Shown piece after piece: positions 12,409 through 24,734 of a stretch of 64,000 nucleotides of DNA. Within the stretch, counting starts at the first letter, position 1, and each line of letters starts with the position of its first letter. A model generated the notes under the pieces. The model saw only the letters and a list, made by a program, of their open reading frames with translations. It was not told the DNA's origin and searched no databases. Origin of the DNA: Paraphysomonas bandaiensis. Its lineage: Eukaryota; Protista; Chrysophyceae. Where the stretch lies: the NCBI GenBank assembly GCA_965644295.1, contig CBFFRP010000127.1:197136-261135 (forward strand), given 5' to 3'. The translations under genes were made by a program, and so were the position numbers.

Positions 12409-13533
12409 CTAATTCGATGACGAGCAATACTCATGAATTTGCAGTTGTTTGAAACTGGAGTCAGAAAACGCATGAACTTTTGCACCTTTGTTAATGGTCG
12501 TAATGCTTCGTGTGTGCGGAGTCACCATTGCTGTATCAAGACTAGGTACTTCACTTTGGGCTGCGGGATACAGTTCGCTGTTACACAGTTCGCGTATAGT
12601 CATCTTCGCTGTGCGGAGATCGGATCGCAAAATGTAAAACTGCCGTCTTGAATGGGAAAGGATGAGCATAATCATCATCCAATTGAATATTAGCGCCCCA
12701 ACAATTACAGGTGTCATTGCAGAGCCCAGATGTAACTCTGTTCCAGTTAAACTATGGTCACTCTCATCTGTGTCATAACAATAGGTGGCCGCACTCATTC
12801 CTGTGTAATGCATACCAAATATCGCAATTGCCATCACTACGGCGCTCACCATGCGAATTTTTTCATTTTGTGGGTACAAAGCTAACATACGGAACATTAT
12901 CCAAAAGGCTGCAGTTGCCGCCACACAGGCAATCAAAACAGAGGCAGCGATTATTCCATAGTTCCATTGAATAGTCATGGGGCCAAACATTGCTACCATG
13001 CCGACATAGTGCATAATGCAAACACCCCCACCAGCAATTAGACCTCCGATCATGATATAGGATGTCCCATGGAACATGACCACACGGAGCACGGCCCATT
13101 TGCTACGTATTTTACCAACTGTCAAATGGGAGCAAGACTTGATTAATTCCTCAAACAACTCATGACGCTCTTTGGTGTACAGCTTGTCCAGAGTGGCTAC
13201 ATATGCCCCAACATATACAAAAGATACACTGCATACAAGTGATATAATAGTCAGTATCAAATCATAATGCGGATGAATTATCCTATCAGAGGGTGCTATC
13301 AAGTTCATAGCTCCCATTCCTATGAAATGCATGCACCACACCGCATCCCCCCCAATAGAAAACGCTATCAGCAATAGATGATAAAACTGTAGCCACGCAT
13401 GACTTTGTGTAAATGCTGATACTCTGAAGTGTTCCACCAGAGAGACAGCGACATAAGAGCCCAAAAACGCTACCCCAAACGACACTAGTATATAGTCAGT
13501 GCTCCATTCTACTCTGATTTCATCGCAAGCCAT
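12409..13533 (-). CDS. MHYT-domain integral membrane protein (stand-alone); start uncertain
   Basis: Three repeats (AVWCMHFIGM, VCIMHYVGM, IFGMHYTGM) with flanking hydrophobic helices. Confidence 0.9.
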   Translation of the reverse strand: MACDEIRVEWSTDYILVSFGVAFLGSYVAVSLVEHFRVSAFTQSHAWLQFYHLLLIAFSIGGDAVWCMHFIGMGAMNLIAPSDRIIHPHYDLILTIISLVCSVSFVYVGAYVATLDKLYTKERHELFEELIKSCSHLTVGKIRSKWAVLRVVMFHGTSYIMIGGLIAGGGVCIMHYVGMVAMFGPMTIQWNYGIIAASVLIACVAATAAFWIMFRMLALYPQNEKIRMVSAVVMAIAIFGMHYTGMSAATYCYDTDESDHSLTGTELHLGSAMTPVIVGALIFNWMMIMLILSHSRRQFYILRSDLRTAKMTIRELCNSELYPAAQSEVPSLDTAMVTPHTRSITTINKGAKVHAFSDSSFKQLQIHEYCSSSN

Positions 13534-14766
13534 TCCCTCCCCGGCGCTCACATACACTGCTGTCTATGATAAGGATGGGATGATGCCTTTAAGAGTGATC
13601 TGATATGCTTCTATTGATCAGAATATGATGGTATGAACTTAACCGTTTAGCCCGTACAGGTATACCGTGTATACATACCCATCATACCACAAGTGTATGA
13701 GGGAAGTCCACGATGACGATACCTCCGCCACATATCCTAAATATCGACCCACATACGTACATACTCCATACTACTGGAATTTCTATAAGATTTTCTAGCC
13801 CATCTGGCTATTGTATTCTACTGTACTTCCGTATTACGACACTATCTCCAGCAGTTTCACGTGTGGACATCATCTGTATATACAGCAGTATACAGCAGTA
13901 TACTGGTCTATATACGACTACAGCGTTGGATCGTACGTCAGAACGGTATCATTACATCTAGAGAGTGCCTTTAATGTTGGTCTATGGTATAGGATGGCAG
14001 TATGGGAATAAACTGCATGCATATCATGATTGACTGATATAGGAATTCGCCTCAGGAAGAATAACGATACTAAGGAATCAAGGTTCATATGTCCGATGCT
14101 TCTACCAATTACACTTTATAGTATATTTGGGTGAAACTGTACATACAGGCCTAATAACTCTACTTACATCATATATAAGTAGCACTTTTATTGTTTGTGT
14201 GGTTGGAACTGTTAGTCACCATAAATTGGCCTCGTTGAAGTAATACTTGTTTAAATCAAATCATGAATTTAGTTATCAAATTAATAAATATATGTCCCAT
14301 GTAGCATACCTGAGGCTGACCACTCAGCAAGAGAAGGGTATAAAATTCTTATCAACTAAAGACCACCTTCCTGGTACATTTGTTAAATCTTGTTTATCTA
14401 TTACTGTTCTTTTGAAAGGCAGGAAAATTTCACTTCACAATAAAACGATCTTTAAAGAATCAAGGTGAATCTCTAGAACACTGCGACATTGATCGACAAG
14501 GTTTTAAACTAAACATTTGCGTGACAATATAATTAAGCCATCTCTACGAGGTTGATATATGATGAGCTTTGATTATTGACAAGAAATGAAAAGATGTAGT
14601 TTGAACTCTAAAATACTTTAAGAAATAACAGTACTTCATAAACGTCTAAAATTATAAGAAACTGCCCCATTCCGAGAGCGTGGCACACCACATATAACAC
14701 CAAGATTACGCTCAGACTCTGTTGCCGTCCCACCCGTGATTTATCACAGCTACGCATGACTTATAT

Positions 14767-15565
14767 CAGGGATAGGGAACAATATATTGTATTGCAATAC
14801 ATTGTACAATATATTGCAATATATTGTAAAATATATTGATTGGTGGACTGGTCAAATATTCCATCAATAGTGTTTCTGCTAAAAGAGCTCACAATACTAT
14901 TGCAATATATTGCAATCAATATTATGATAGTCATATAAGAGAAGATTCTCAACTGTAGGGTGCAAAATGGATATAAATAACCGAGAAATTGATTACAACA
15001 TTACAAAGGATAATGAAGCTGATGTTGACTATGCGACTAAAAATCTTCAGTCAGCTCAAAAAATTAAGAAACGTACAGATCCACGAGTCATTAACGGTTG
15101 CCTGGCCTTGGTATGTACTTCCAATACATGGGAACGTCTGTTCAGCACAGCTAAACATATTATATCAGTGTTGCGCAAAAGTATCCATCCTACTTAATAT
15201 GCTGTTGTTTTAGAAAGCTATTCGACAGTTATGACCGGATACTTGCATATTTCAGTTAATTCTGTGGATGAATATGGTGATGTTGACCTCACCGATGATG
15301 GCTCAGAGGATGAGGACGAGGTGGATTTTTAGTAGCTATAAGCAGCAGTTGGTTTGGTTGTCATGTGATCTTACTGACTAATACTAAAAATGAAATCTAC
15401 GGATGTGTTTACCCACTGATTAGTCAAACTAATATATCGCAATACATTGACAATATATTGCAATATATTGTAATTGTATTGTAGGACCGGTTTAAAAAAT
15501 CCATCAATACTATTGATGGAACGCTATCTAACAATAGTATTGCAATATATTGTTCCCTATCCCTG
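14767..15565 (+). mobile_element. Non-autonomous hAT DNA transposon (799 bp)
   Basis: Perfect 23-bp TIR CAGGGATAGGGAACAATATATTG; perfect 8-bp TSD ACTTATAT (14759-14766 and 15566-15573); subterminal CAATATATTG repeats; internal remnant TSNTWERLFSTAKHIISVLRKSIHP of the hAT dimerization domain. Confidence 0.92.
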
Positions 15566-16170
15566 ACTTATATATGCTATTCGGACTAATGGACTATGCA
15601 ATTATAGTGTAGATCTAGTTGGGACTTGCATTTTACGCCTATATTTTATTAACAATCTATATTTTATTCTTCTGCTCCCTCCTACTTCATCTCAGAGAGC
15701 TAACTTTAAATATTTATATGTGATATCCACTGTGATAGTAAGCACATGTCCCACTCATACATGACAAACCAGTATAAACATCACTAATGACATAGCTACA
15801 TAGTTTATGATAATATCTATTCCGCAATTCAGTAAAGGAAACTACACTCTATTGCATAAATGCGTTGACATTCGTAGACTGTTGTTATACTAAATTAGTA
15901 ATAAATGGAGCACTACACACCATCTACTTAGAACTTATAATTGCCGGGAACTGGACTACCATTAATGGTTACCAGGCCCTGGCACTACATCCTAGCTATC
16001 TATGCTCTGTTCCCTAATGCATAGTAGTTTACTTTGATGAAGGCTTGTGAGAGAGATAATAGCTTGATGTAGCACATGTGAACCACGTCATTAATTACAC
16101 TACTTATAATATAACACATAACGAAACATTAATTCGTAAAGCAGTGACAGTTAATTGGAAGGTTATATGC

Positions 16171-17532
16171 TTAGTACTCCTCACCGAAGTCCTCCTCCTC
16201 ACCTTCGCCCTCAGCAGTCTCAGCGCCGACCTCTTCGTAATCCTTCTCAAGGGCGGCAAGATCCTCACGAGCCTCAGAGAACTCGCCTTCCTCCATACCC
16301 TCACCGACATACCAGTGAACAAAGGCACGCTTGGCGTACATAAGATCGAACTTGTGGTCAATGCGGGAGAGAGCCTCGGCAATAGCGGTGGTATTGGAAA
16401 CCATGCACACGGCGCGCTGGACACGGGCAAGATCTCCACCAGGGACAACAGTTGGGGGCTGGTAGTTAATGCCGCACTTGAAGCCGGTGGGGCACCAGTC
16501 CACAAACTGAACAGTTCTCTTTGTCTTGATGGTGGCCACAGATGCGTTCACATCCTTGGGGACAACATCACCTCTGTACATGAGACAACAGGCCATGTAT
16601 TTGCCGTGACGAGGATCGCACTTAGTCATCATATTGCTGGGCTCAAACACAGAGTTTGTAATCTCAGCAACAGATAGCTGCTCGTGGTATGCCTTCTCAG
16701 CAGAGATGATAGGAGCATATGAGGTAAGCATAAAGTGGATACGAGGGTAGGGCACCAAGTTGGTCTGGAACTCAGAGATATCCACGTTAAGAGCACCATC
16801 GAAACGAAGAGATGCAGTCAAAGAAGAAACAACCTGAGCAATAAGACGGTTCAAGTTGGTGTAGGTTGGGCGCTCAATATCGAGGTTGCGGCGGCACACA
16901 TCGTAAAGAGCCTCGTTATCGAGACAGAAAGTGCAGTCAGTGTGCTCAAGGAGAGAGTGAGTGGAAAGCACGTGGTTGTAAGGCTCAACAACAGCGGTGG
17001 CCACCTGAGGAGCGGGGGTCACAGTGAAGGAGAGCTTAGACTTGCGGCCGTAATCAACGGAAAGTCTCTCAAGGAGAAGAGATCCAAGACCAGATCCAGT
17101 ACCACCACCAGTGGCGTGGAAGATCATGAATCCCTGAAGACCAGTACAGTTGTCAGCAAGCTTACGCACTCTGTCCAACACAAGATCAACAATTTCCTTG
17201 CCAATGGTGTAGTGTCCTCTGGCGTAGTTGTTGGCAGCATCCTCCTTGCCGCTGATCACCTGCTCAGGGTGGTACAGCTGTCTGTAGGTGCCAGTGCGGA
17301 CTTCGTCACATACACCAGGCTCCAAGTCAACCATCACAGCTCTGGGAACGTGCTTGCCAGCACCAGTCTCAGAGAAGAAGGTGTTGAAAGAGTCGTCACC
17401 GCCGCCAACGGTCTTGTCGCTGGGCATCTGGCCGTCAGGCTGGATTCCGTGCTCGAGGCAGTAAAGCTCCCAGCATCCGTTTCCGGCCTGAACACCGGCT
17501 TGTCCAATGTGAATAGAGAGGCACTCGCGCAT
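16171..17532 (-). CDS. TUBA: Alpha-tubulin, copy 1 (intronless; true start MRECL at 17532)
   Basis: [21 protein letters not shown]40 in PSDKT, C-terminal EEY. Confidence 0.99.
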   Translation of the reverse strand: MRECLSIHIGQAGVQAGNGCWELYCLEHGIQPDGQMPSDKTVGGGDDSFNTFFSETGAGKHVPRAVMVDLEPGVCDEVRTGTYRQLYHPEQVISGKEDAANNYARGHYTIGKEIVDLVLDRVRKLADNCTGLQGFMIFHATGGGTGSGLGSLLLERLSVDYGRKSKLSFTVTPAPQVATAVVEPYNHVLSTHSLLEHTDCTFCLDNEALYDVCRRNLDIERPTYTNLNRLIAQVVSSLTASLRFDGALNVDISEFQTNLVPYPRIHFMLTSYAPIISAEKAYHEQLSVAEITNSVFEPSNMMTKCDPRHGKYMACCLMYRGDVVPKDVNASVATIKTKRTVQFVDWCPTGFKCGINYQPPTVVPGGDLARVQRAVCMVSNTTAIAEALSRIDHKFDLMYAKRAFVHWYVGEGMEEGEFSEAREDLAALEKDYEEVGAETAEGEGEEEDFGEEY

Positions 17533-17978
17533 GTTGTTGTTGTTGTTTGTGGGTAAGTTAACTCGCAAATGTTTGACTTTGTCGAAGTAACGAAATTATG
17601 AATCACTGCACACTTCAAATCCTCTCATGCTCATGCCATTTGAAACCGACATATCTTGAAGGGTCATGATATCTTGAAGAGACACAGTATCTTGAATGGG
17701 TAATGTGTTTTAGTTTTTTTTTCATCTTTTTCTGGTTGCTTTTTCCTTCTATTTCCTTGAAGTTCGGTTGGTGTATGTATGTGGCTGTGGATATACAGTA
17801 TGTCGTCATTCGTTAGGGAAGTATGACTGTAGTGTGTAGTGGTGGATGTGTGTATACGTATACAGATATCGACGGTCGGTGCAGTTCAAAAGATTCGATT
17901 ATATCAACTGGAAACACATACATTCATTAGAACCCCGTATATATATCTGCGATGTATATGCATCTACGCTGATGTATA

Positions 17979-18974
17979 ATGTCACTATCTCAAGCAAGGC
18001 GTAGATCATCAGAGCTTCGCAGATACAAATACAGTTCATCTAATGGGGGATTTACTCCAAGCAACGGGAGACTGAGAACTGCATGTGAGGTGCTACTCCT
18101 CGTGCTGTGTAATGCATTACTCTGTTTTCTTATGTGGTCACAAATATATCGGGGCGATTTATTGGGCGGATTATTAGGATTCAAATCTTATCATCGTACT
18201 AATGCGATCGTATCAGCGTCGAACCTATCGCACGTATATGGGGCGATTAGAGATAAGGGGCTACATCGCAGTTTCCCGACTAGTGTAATCCAGGAAAACA
18301 TTACAAATATTAGTGCTACCCCTTCTGTAGATGAAATTTCTCCCCGTGTTCGAACAGAGAGTTCGCCTATCACTGAAACGTCTTCTTTTAATGATCCCAT
18401 TGAGCTTGAAGAGAGCTCACCGACACAGGGAATTGATCCTACTTCTGATTTAGAACTTATATCACTAAACGCAACAGTAATTGCTTCAGTGCGGGGAAAT
18501 CTTGCCCCTCCTTCTGTTCTTGTTGACCCCTCCGTAGAAGATTGGATTGCGGACCGCTGGCAGGCTGCTCGAAACATGCGAGGTCGGCCTATCCCAGGAC
18601 CTCATTGGATAGTTCTTACACTAAAGGAGCCAGCAAATGATATTTCTATAGCTGTGCTGGATTTCGAAAATGCATTTTCGAATACGTATGAGCTCGCATC
18701 ATACTGCGAACGTAGTAATTCTTGGAGGACTTTTTACAAAAGCACTCACCAAAACAATGGGAATAAGGTTAAGGTAGAGCGAAGCTATCGACATATTATT
18801 CATCGCATCGACGTAGATGATGTGCATGGTGGAAAAGTGGATCGTCAATGTCCTATATCTAAAGTTCGATTACATATCAAGCGTCCGGCTACATTATGGG
18901 GAGTTAGTTTGTGGCAAATACAGCTTTGGGGTCATTCGATGAGCTCGCTAGCTGCTTTAGATGAGTCGGTGTAG
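17979..18974 (+). CDS. Type II membrane protein with a C-terminal F5/8 type C (discoidin / galactose-binding-like) domain
   Basis: N-terminal TM segment (EVLLLVLCNALLCFLMW), Ser/Thr stalk, PHWIVLTL..AVLDFE and VRLHIKRPATLWGVSLWQIQLWG beta-sandwich motifs. Confidence 0.65.
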   Translation: MSLSQARRRSSELRRYKYSSSNGGFTPSNGRLRTACEVLLLVLCNALLCFLMWSQIYRGDLLGGLLGFKSYHRTNAIVSASNLSHVYGAIRDKGLHRSFPTSVIQENITNISATPSVDEISPRVRTESSPITETSSFNDPIELEESSPTQGIDPTSDLELISLNATVIASVRGNLAPPSVLVDPSVEDWIADRWQAARNMRGRPIPGPHWIVLTLKEPANDISIAVLDFENAFSNTYELASYCERSNSWRTFYKSTHQNNGNKVKVERSYRHIIHRIDVDDVHGGKVDRQCPISKVRLHIKRPATLWGVSLWQIQLWGHSMSSLAALDESV

Positions 18975-19840
18975 TAAATTTTATCACTACAGTAGACATG
19001 TGTTTTTATGTGTGTATTTCGCCAGTAGAATTTTTATAAATCGATTTCTGAACAATTTTCTGATTGGAACGATTTTGATTTAAATCCCTCAAAATTACAA
19101 TATAACTATGTTTTTTTATTTGTCGTCTTGAAAATAAGGCTAAGGTTATAGTCAATTACATTTATTGAAAACATTGTTCCTGTCACAAAGCTATAGATAT
19201 TACCGCTCTACTCCTGTAATGCCGCGCTACACACGGTATAATTGTATTATCAGTATTAAAGCAAAGAAGCGTGCTGTCATTAAAAATAATAAAATTGAGC
19301 TTTATTTCTATCTGTGCATGATGAATGATATATATAATATACACACCACGGTATCGCTGTCGACATTTAGTCAAGATGTGTGTTTCGTATTTCGCACCTC
19401 AACTTACTAGTTACCTGGCATTTTACCACTTAAAGGCATTGTGATTTACATTGTGACCTTTAATAGCGCACTGACTTTCGTTTATCTATATGCTCAGAAG
19501 TAATATATTTTTCAATTGTAGACTATAAAAGTATAAAAGTAAGGATTTTTCCTAAATCCTGTTTCGGATCGAGAATTGACGAAACCTTTGCTGTTCGATG
19601 AAAATATATACCCATGCCGTGCTTTTCATCCATGAAACTCATACTCTAAAGTAATACCAGAGAATCTTGCTTGGTGCTGGCAAACTTTTGATAATAAGTT
19701 AAGTATATAATCTCATTGCAGTGAAGAATTACCGTGTGGCCTTATTGTTATTTATACATAATAGACTTATTCAAGTATTTATATAAAATTTGTATCGCCA
19801 ACAGTTAGGTCAATGATGCGGTATAGTTACAAACACTATG

Positions 19841-19968
19841 TGAAAGTCTTGTTATTAGCAATAGGCGTCAAGAATCATCACCATATAAGTAGCTAGTAGA
19901 TGTAAACTAATAGTCAAGCTGGATGAACTTCTACCTGTAACTAACTAGTGCAAATTCTCATATCCTAT
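19841..19968 (-). mobile_element. Very short 5'-truncated LINE family A copy (3' tail only)
   Basis: The reverse complement matches about 505-626, ending ...ACGCCTATTGCTAATAACAAGACTTTCA. Confidence 0.7.
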
Positions 19969-20556
19969 TATAAAATTTTAATTATAATGTTGTGACACTA
20001 CGAAAAAGCTGAAACAAGCACTATATCCACCTTGATAGTGTGCCTCCTTATTGTCCCTTTTCTTCTCTCCACTACTGGACTCTACTTCATTCTCAAACGT
20101 AGCCACTCTTCATCATATATATAGTACTATCTATATACGTGAAAAAGTAACATCATAAATATGCATTATTAAATTTTGGTATATGGCGACATTTTATCTT
20201 TTTAACCTCTCAGAGATACAAATTACAGTAAAGTAATCATTCAGTACTTTTAGATACAAAACAAGGTTTTGGTATATTACCCCGACGACTTCAAAGCAAT
20301 CCATCATATAACCAGCACAGTTCATCCATTGTTGGTGCAGAAAGATTGCCAGCTACTCTTGTCTCATACATATATACTTATATGAATAATGCCCTACAGT
20401 GTTAAGCAAGCATACATATATAATATATTTATATAATATACTGTTTATAATAATATATATATACATATATAGAACATTGCATACATAAAATTACAATACA
20501 CATAAAACCTTACAAAAAGAGGTCTTACGATGGTGCTTATTCCACCAAAATACGAG

Positions 20557-20640
20557 TGAATGTCTGATAGGCGTGTAAGAGTCAGAGCTAATGTAGCAAA
20601 AAATTTAACTAACTTGTGCTTTTTACTCTGATATCCTAAC
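20557..20640 (-). mobile_element. LINE family B 3' tail fragment
   Basis: GCGTGTAAGAGTCAGAGCTAATGTAGCAAAA matches 49797-49830; shares the ACGCCTAT...GACATTCA terminus with family A. Confidence 0.55.
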
Positions 20641-21199
20641 TCGTGATGTTGCTGCAAAGGACGTTGTTGGTAGCAAAATATCTACTGATATGCCTCATAT
20701 ATCACCTGCACCTCAAAATGTCTCTAATATGTCCCATGTAGAATCCACCACATACCTCGTAACATGCCTGCAATATCTTATGCACCTCATATGTTGGCAT
20801 GGTGTCTGTCTCTCACGGGACAACGTCGTCCTCTGAAAGCAATGCATATACGTCGTCTGCTACTGCGTTACACAGTTAAACAACAACAGCAGGCATGATG
20901 ATAGCAGTTATAAGGAATATTTCCGTATATATGCAGGTGGCCCAAGACCACGCAACTCGACTTTTGAACGTGTGCATATCAAGATATCTTGAAACTACAA
21001 TTACTTCAAAACGTTTTTATGAAGCCGCATTACACTATTATATATATATATATAGTAGGTTAATAAGATCTTTTCGTGATTATGATTATAATAATATAAT
21101 AAGCAATAATTGTGTACAACATGAGTATCAGTCAGTCAGTAGTACTCTCGAAATGTTTTTTCTCTTTTCTCAGAGCATGTTACTGACACAAGCAAACTT

Positions 21200-22137
21200 T
21201 TAACAACATGTCAAAGTAGTTACTTCCGGTGCATATATGGCTCCAGAAGAATTCATATGACATCTGAACGATTATGAAAACCTGGTCAAATTCACTTCCC
21301 AGGTTTCATGGCCAGGTCGACTTTTATCTATGAATACAAGGCCGGATATACCATCATGTGCATTCGACTGAAGAGCAGGAGTTTGTTTGCAATTTTTCCT
21401 ATCGTCCACTAATAGGAGCGTTACTATACTTATCCATCCATGAATATACAAGGCCGGATATAGGTCAACTTCAGGTTATGTTATGTTTGGAGCTGGTGGG
21501 CCACTATCGTGGGGTTCCAAACTTCAGTCTACTGTATCTACATGGACTATATATATGCAAGCAGTGTATCAATGCATATATTAACGGATTACAGGAAATG
21601 ATATGGTCTCGGGGGGGGTGACTGGGGAGAAGTAGGGTTGAAAATTGACGAGCCCACACCATTATTCCTGGATATAGTCAAAAAGTGCTCAGGATATTAT
21701 ATCGGAAAATCCAGTGCATATACGATCGAAGCATATGATTAAGTAGCATATATGATTAGAGAGCATGTGGATCCCGAATAGTTTAATACAGCAAAATTAA
21801 TTCATGTGAGCAATCGAAAACAAATGGCTGATATATATACCAAAAGGCTTTGTGTGATCCAATATTATTTATTGAACAGAGGGAGCGAAATCTTGTGGGA
21901 AATTTTAAGACTACTAAAAACAAATTATCGCAGAGAGGTTCCCAAGGTAAAAAGAGCTCGTCGTAGAGCTAGATTAGTTGGGTGTGAATGAATGGTGGAA
22001 GCTAGCTATATACCAGCGGAGTCATACGTCCACCAGTGTCCTATGAGATTCGGTGGTTGCGTAGTATCCGATAGCAATGTTGTTTTTCACAAATTTAGAA
22101 TGGTTAACTACATATATATTATCCAATTGAGTGGGAG
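21200..22137 (+). mobile_element. Degraded Ty1/copia pol remnant (end of RT + RNase H) with PPT
   Basis: FSYRPLIGALLYLSI..TRPDI, a frameshifted EPTPLFLD..NPV..RSKH, and KQMADIYTK; PPT TTGAGTGGGAG at 22127-22137. Confidence 0.85.
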
Positions 22138-22835
22138 TGTTGAGTTCTGCAATATGATGTGATATATTATATTGTGCAATATAGGTGAAGTCAACTCGTA
22201 GGTGACGGGTGATTATATAGGTACAAAGGAATTAAATTCAGTTACTGATGTATGTGTGACTATATACAAGATATAGAACTGACTGATGAACATATTATAA
22301 TATATATGATAAACAGATGTTGCTGAGAACAGATGTTTCATCAGATGTTACACGAATATGTAGTGAAGTTTTGACTATTGACCATTTGAGACAATGAAGA
22401 TCGTGTAATAAGAGAAGTTAAAGTTGATCAAAACTAGATAGATTACGTTATCATAATTGTAGTATACACAATTGTGTTGTCAAGTAAAACTCATCAACAA
22501 CATGATAATATAATTTCTTCATGTCATTTACTGATCAACTTCCGTATCTTGTACAGTTGTGGTACAATACTTCAGTTTCACAGTTATCGCTATATAGTAT
22601 GTTTGGCTACGTATTACTGTTTCTCACATTGTATTCACCGTATTCTATAGAACTATCTTAGAGAGACATAGATATTCCAACGCTAACGTGCGTATTCCAA
22701 CATGATGTGTTCAGAATAATAATCATAATTTCTTACTTGAAAGTGCATTGTGTTCAACATAGCAAGGTGAAGGTTTACGTGTAGAGTGTAGAGCAAAGAG
22801 CAAAGTTAACTTCAGTGAAATGTCCAATTCTAACA
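22138..22835 (+). mobile_element. Copia 3' LTR with a ~340-bp segment (about 22369-22706) absent from the solo copy
   Basis: TGTTG...TAACA termini directly after the PPT; homologous to 6664-7002. Confidence 0.8.
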
Positions 22836-23153
22836 TGGGGATAATAAATGACTGTACTCAAATAAATAATAAATAGCTTGATATTTACTACTTATTGATC
22901 TTTACTGTGTAATAAATATAACTTAAATAAACATAACATACTACTTATTAAATAAACATAACTAATAAATTGGGAGATATTTTTATATTATGAGCTTCCT
23001 CAACATTTATAAGAAACAGTGAGCCTTGCACTTTATATTAGGATAATGAGGACAAACTATATTTATCCAATTCTTGACTAACGACCAAAGATAAAATGAG
23101 TAACAAATACTAACAACTAGAAAAATATACTACGAAATTGAACGGGTCTGGCC

Positions 23154-24734
23154 TCAGCTGATATTACTCGAGCTTTCCCGTGTGTTTACTACCATCTTAT
23201 CTAACACTAAATTGTCCCACCACCAAGTAGAAGAGAACGGACCAGACTCAGCTGGGCATGGTGCTGAAGTTTTATGCTTCGAGTTCACTTTCTGCTTCTC
23301 GGATTTAATTTTCGGCTTCAACGCGGTATGTTTTACAGCTACTTCTCCGTCTTTCTTTCCATAGCCGTAGAGTGGAGGGCCTGCAGTGTTAACATGGAAG
23401 CATGTCTCGAAAGATCTTCCAACTACCCTACACATAACAGATTCAACGGTACTATTCTACACATGTGTTGAAACAAACAACGCTCACATCTGTCACATGT
23501 ATACGATATCTTACCTCATGCCAAACTCATCTCTCGCCAACGCAGCCTCAACATCCGAATCGAATATGCCTGGTACTTCCATTCGTTGTCCCCTGCGTTA
23601 TAAATCCAATTAATTTCAAATGGTCCATGACACAAATATTTCCGAGACTACAAGTATGGTCTATATATCTATGTACATCTGGCACATAACCACCTGTATT
23701 CTATAACAGCTCTATAGCGTTTTGAGTGCCCCGACACACCAATTACACCTGGAAATTTATTTTTCGAGGCGGACCCATAAGATTTTGGAGGCTCTACGAA
23801 CTCTCTGCCTCTGCAGGGTTCTGTCAAGGTTTCTCTCATAGCAAGTACATGTGTGCTTTCAACTTCTATTGGGCGTACTCCTGATGCAGGCCGGGACATT
23901 TTAGCCAGTGGACTTTGTCGCTCACCGAATCGTTTCGTTTCTTTCCTACGACGCTTTGACGTAGATCGTGAGCGCACAGTGTCGGATTTATCCGGATCTC
24001 TCTGCAATGCATCACGCTTGATGTGTACCGATGCATCGATATCGCATCTACTGCGCACACGTTTTCGAGTGAATTGTCTAGGCAAAGATGTCATGTCGAA
24101 TGGCTCTTCTCTTGCGTGTGAAAGCATTATAGCTACTGAGTTCTCAGGGAAGTTAGCTATGGCAGTGCGATCAACCGGACGTGATTGCTGGAATTCGGGG
24201 CTACCTGGAGGGGAAACTGGATGTGTATTGTCCACACTTGGTGATGAGTTTTTCTCATGATGGGAAGTAATGTTGCTACTACAGCTCACTGTGGTAGTTT
24301 CTGTAAAATGACTCGGCTCATCACCCCCCCAGCCGAGATGAAACTCCGTTTCCCACTCGCTGCTGCGCCCACTATCACTGTCATCGCCTGTAATGACACT
24401 CTCCAGGCTGATATCTTTCTGACATGAGGAATGTCTCGCTGAGAGTTGTTCCGTGTCCTGGATGCTGGGAACAGACTTTGGCCGATATGTTTCCGCACAA
24501 TCACTGTTGCTGCTAACTGATACAACGATAGGGCTATCTGAGTCATCAGCAGTCAAGTCCACCATCTCGGCACCCAGGGGAGTAATTGAAGTGCGAATAT
24601 GCAGCGGCGAGCGTGCTACACCTGACACCGTATAACATGCGAATTATGCAGGTGTGGTAGCAAGACTCACCATTAGGAGTGGAGGGGGTTTGTTTCAGCA
24701 AATGCGATATATCTTGTAGCACTCTGACATTCAT
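23154..24734 (-). CDS. AP2/ERF-domain DNA-binding protein, 4 exons
   Basis: The spliced product gives NKFPGVIGVSGHSKRYRAVIEYR-GQRMEVPGIFDSDVEAALARDEFGMR, matching the AP2 pattern (GV..A.I...G.F....EAA.A.D). Exon 1 (24734-24671) joins in frame through a 49-nt intron. Confidence 0.7.

Noticed and set aside
16078-17556. Plus-strand ORFs of 199 and 273 aa over tubulin, and equivalents at 39389-40684
   Set aside because: Antisense shadows of a codon-biased gene; the 273-aa ORF is broken in copy 2.
17533-17568. N-terminal extension [12 protein letters not shown] on tubulin
   Set aside because: Non-ATG start; the (AAC)n run is 5' leader before the canonical MREC start.
19988-20152. TG...CA-bounded segment as a solo LTR
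   Set aside because: No second copy, TSD or PPT seen.
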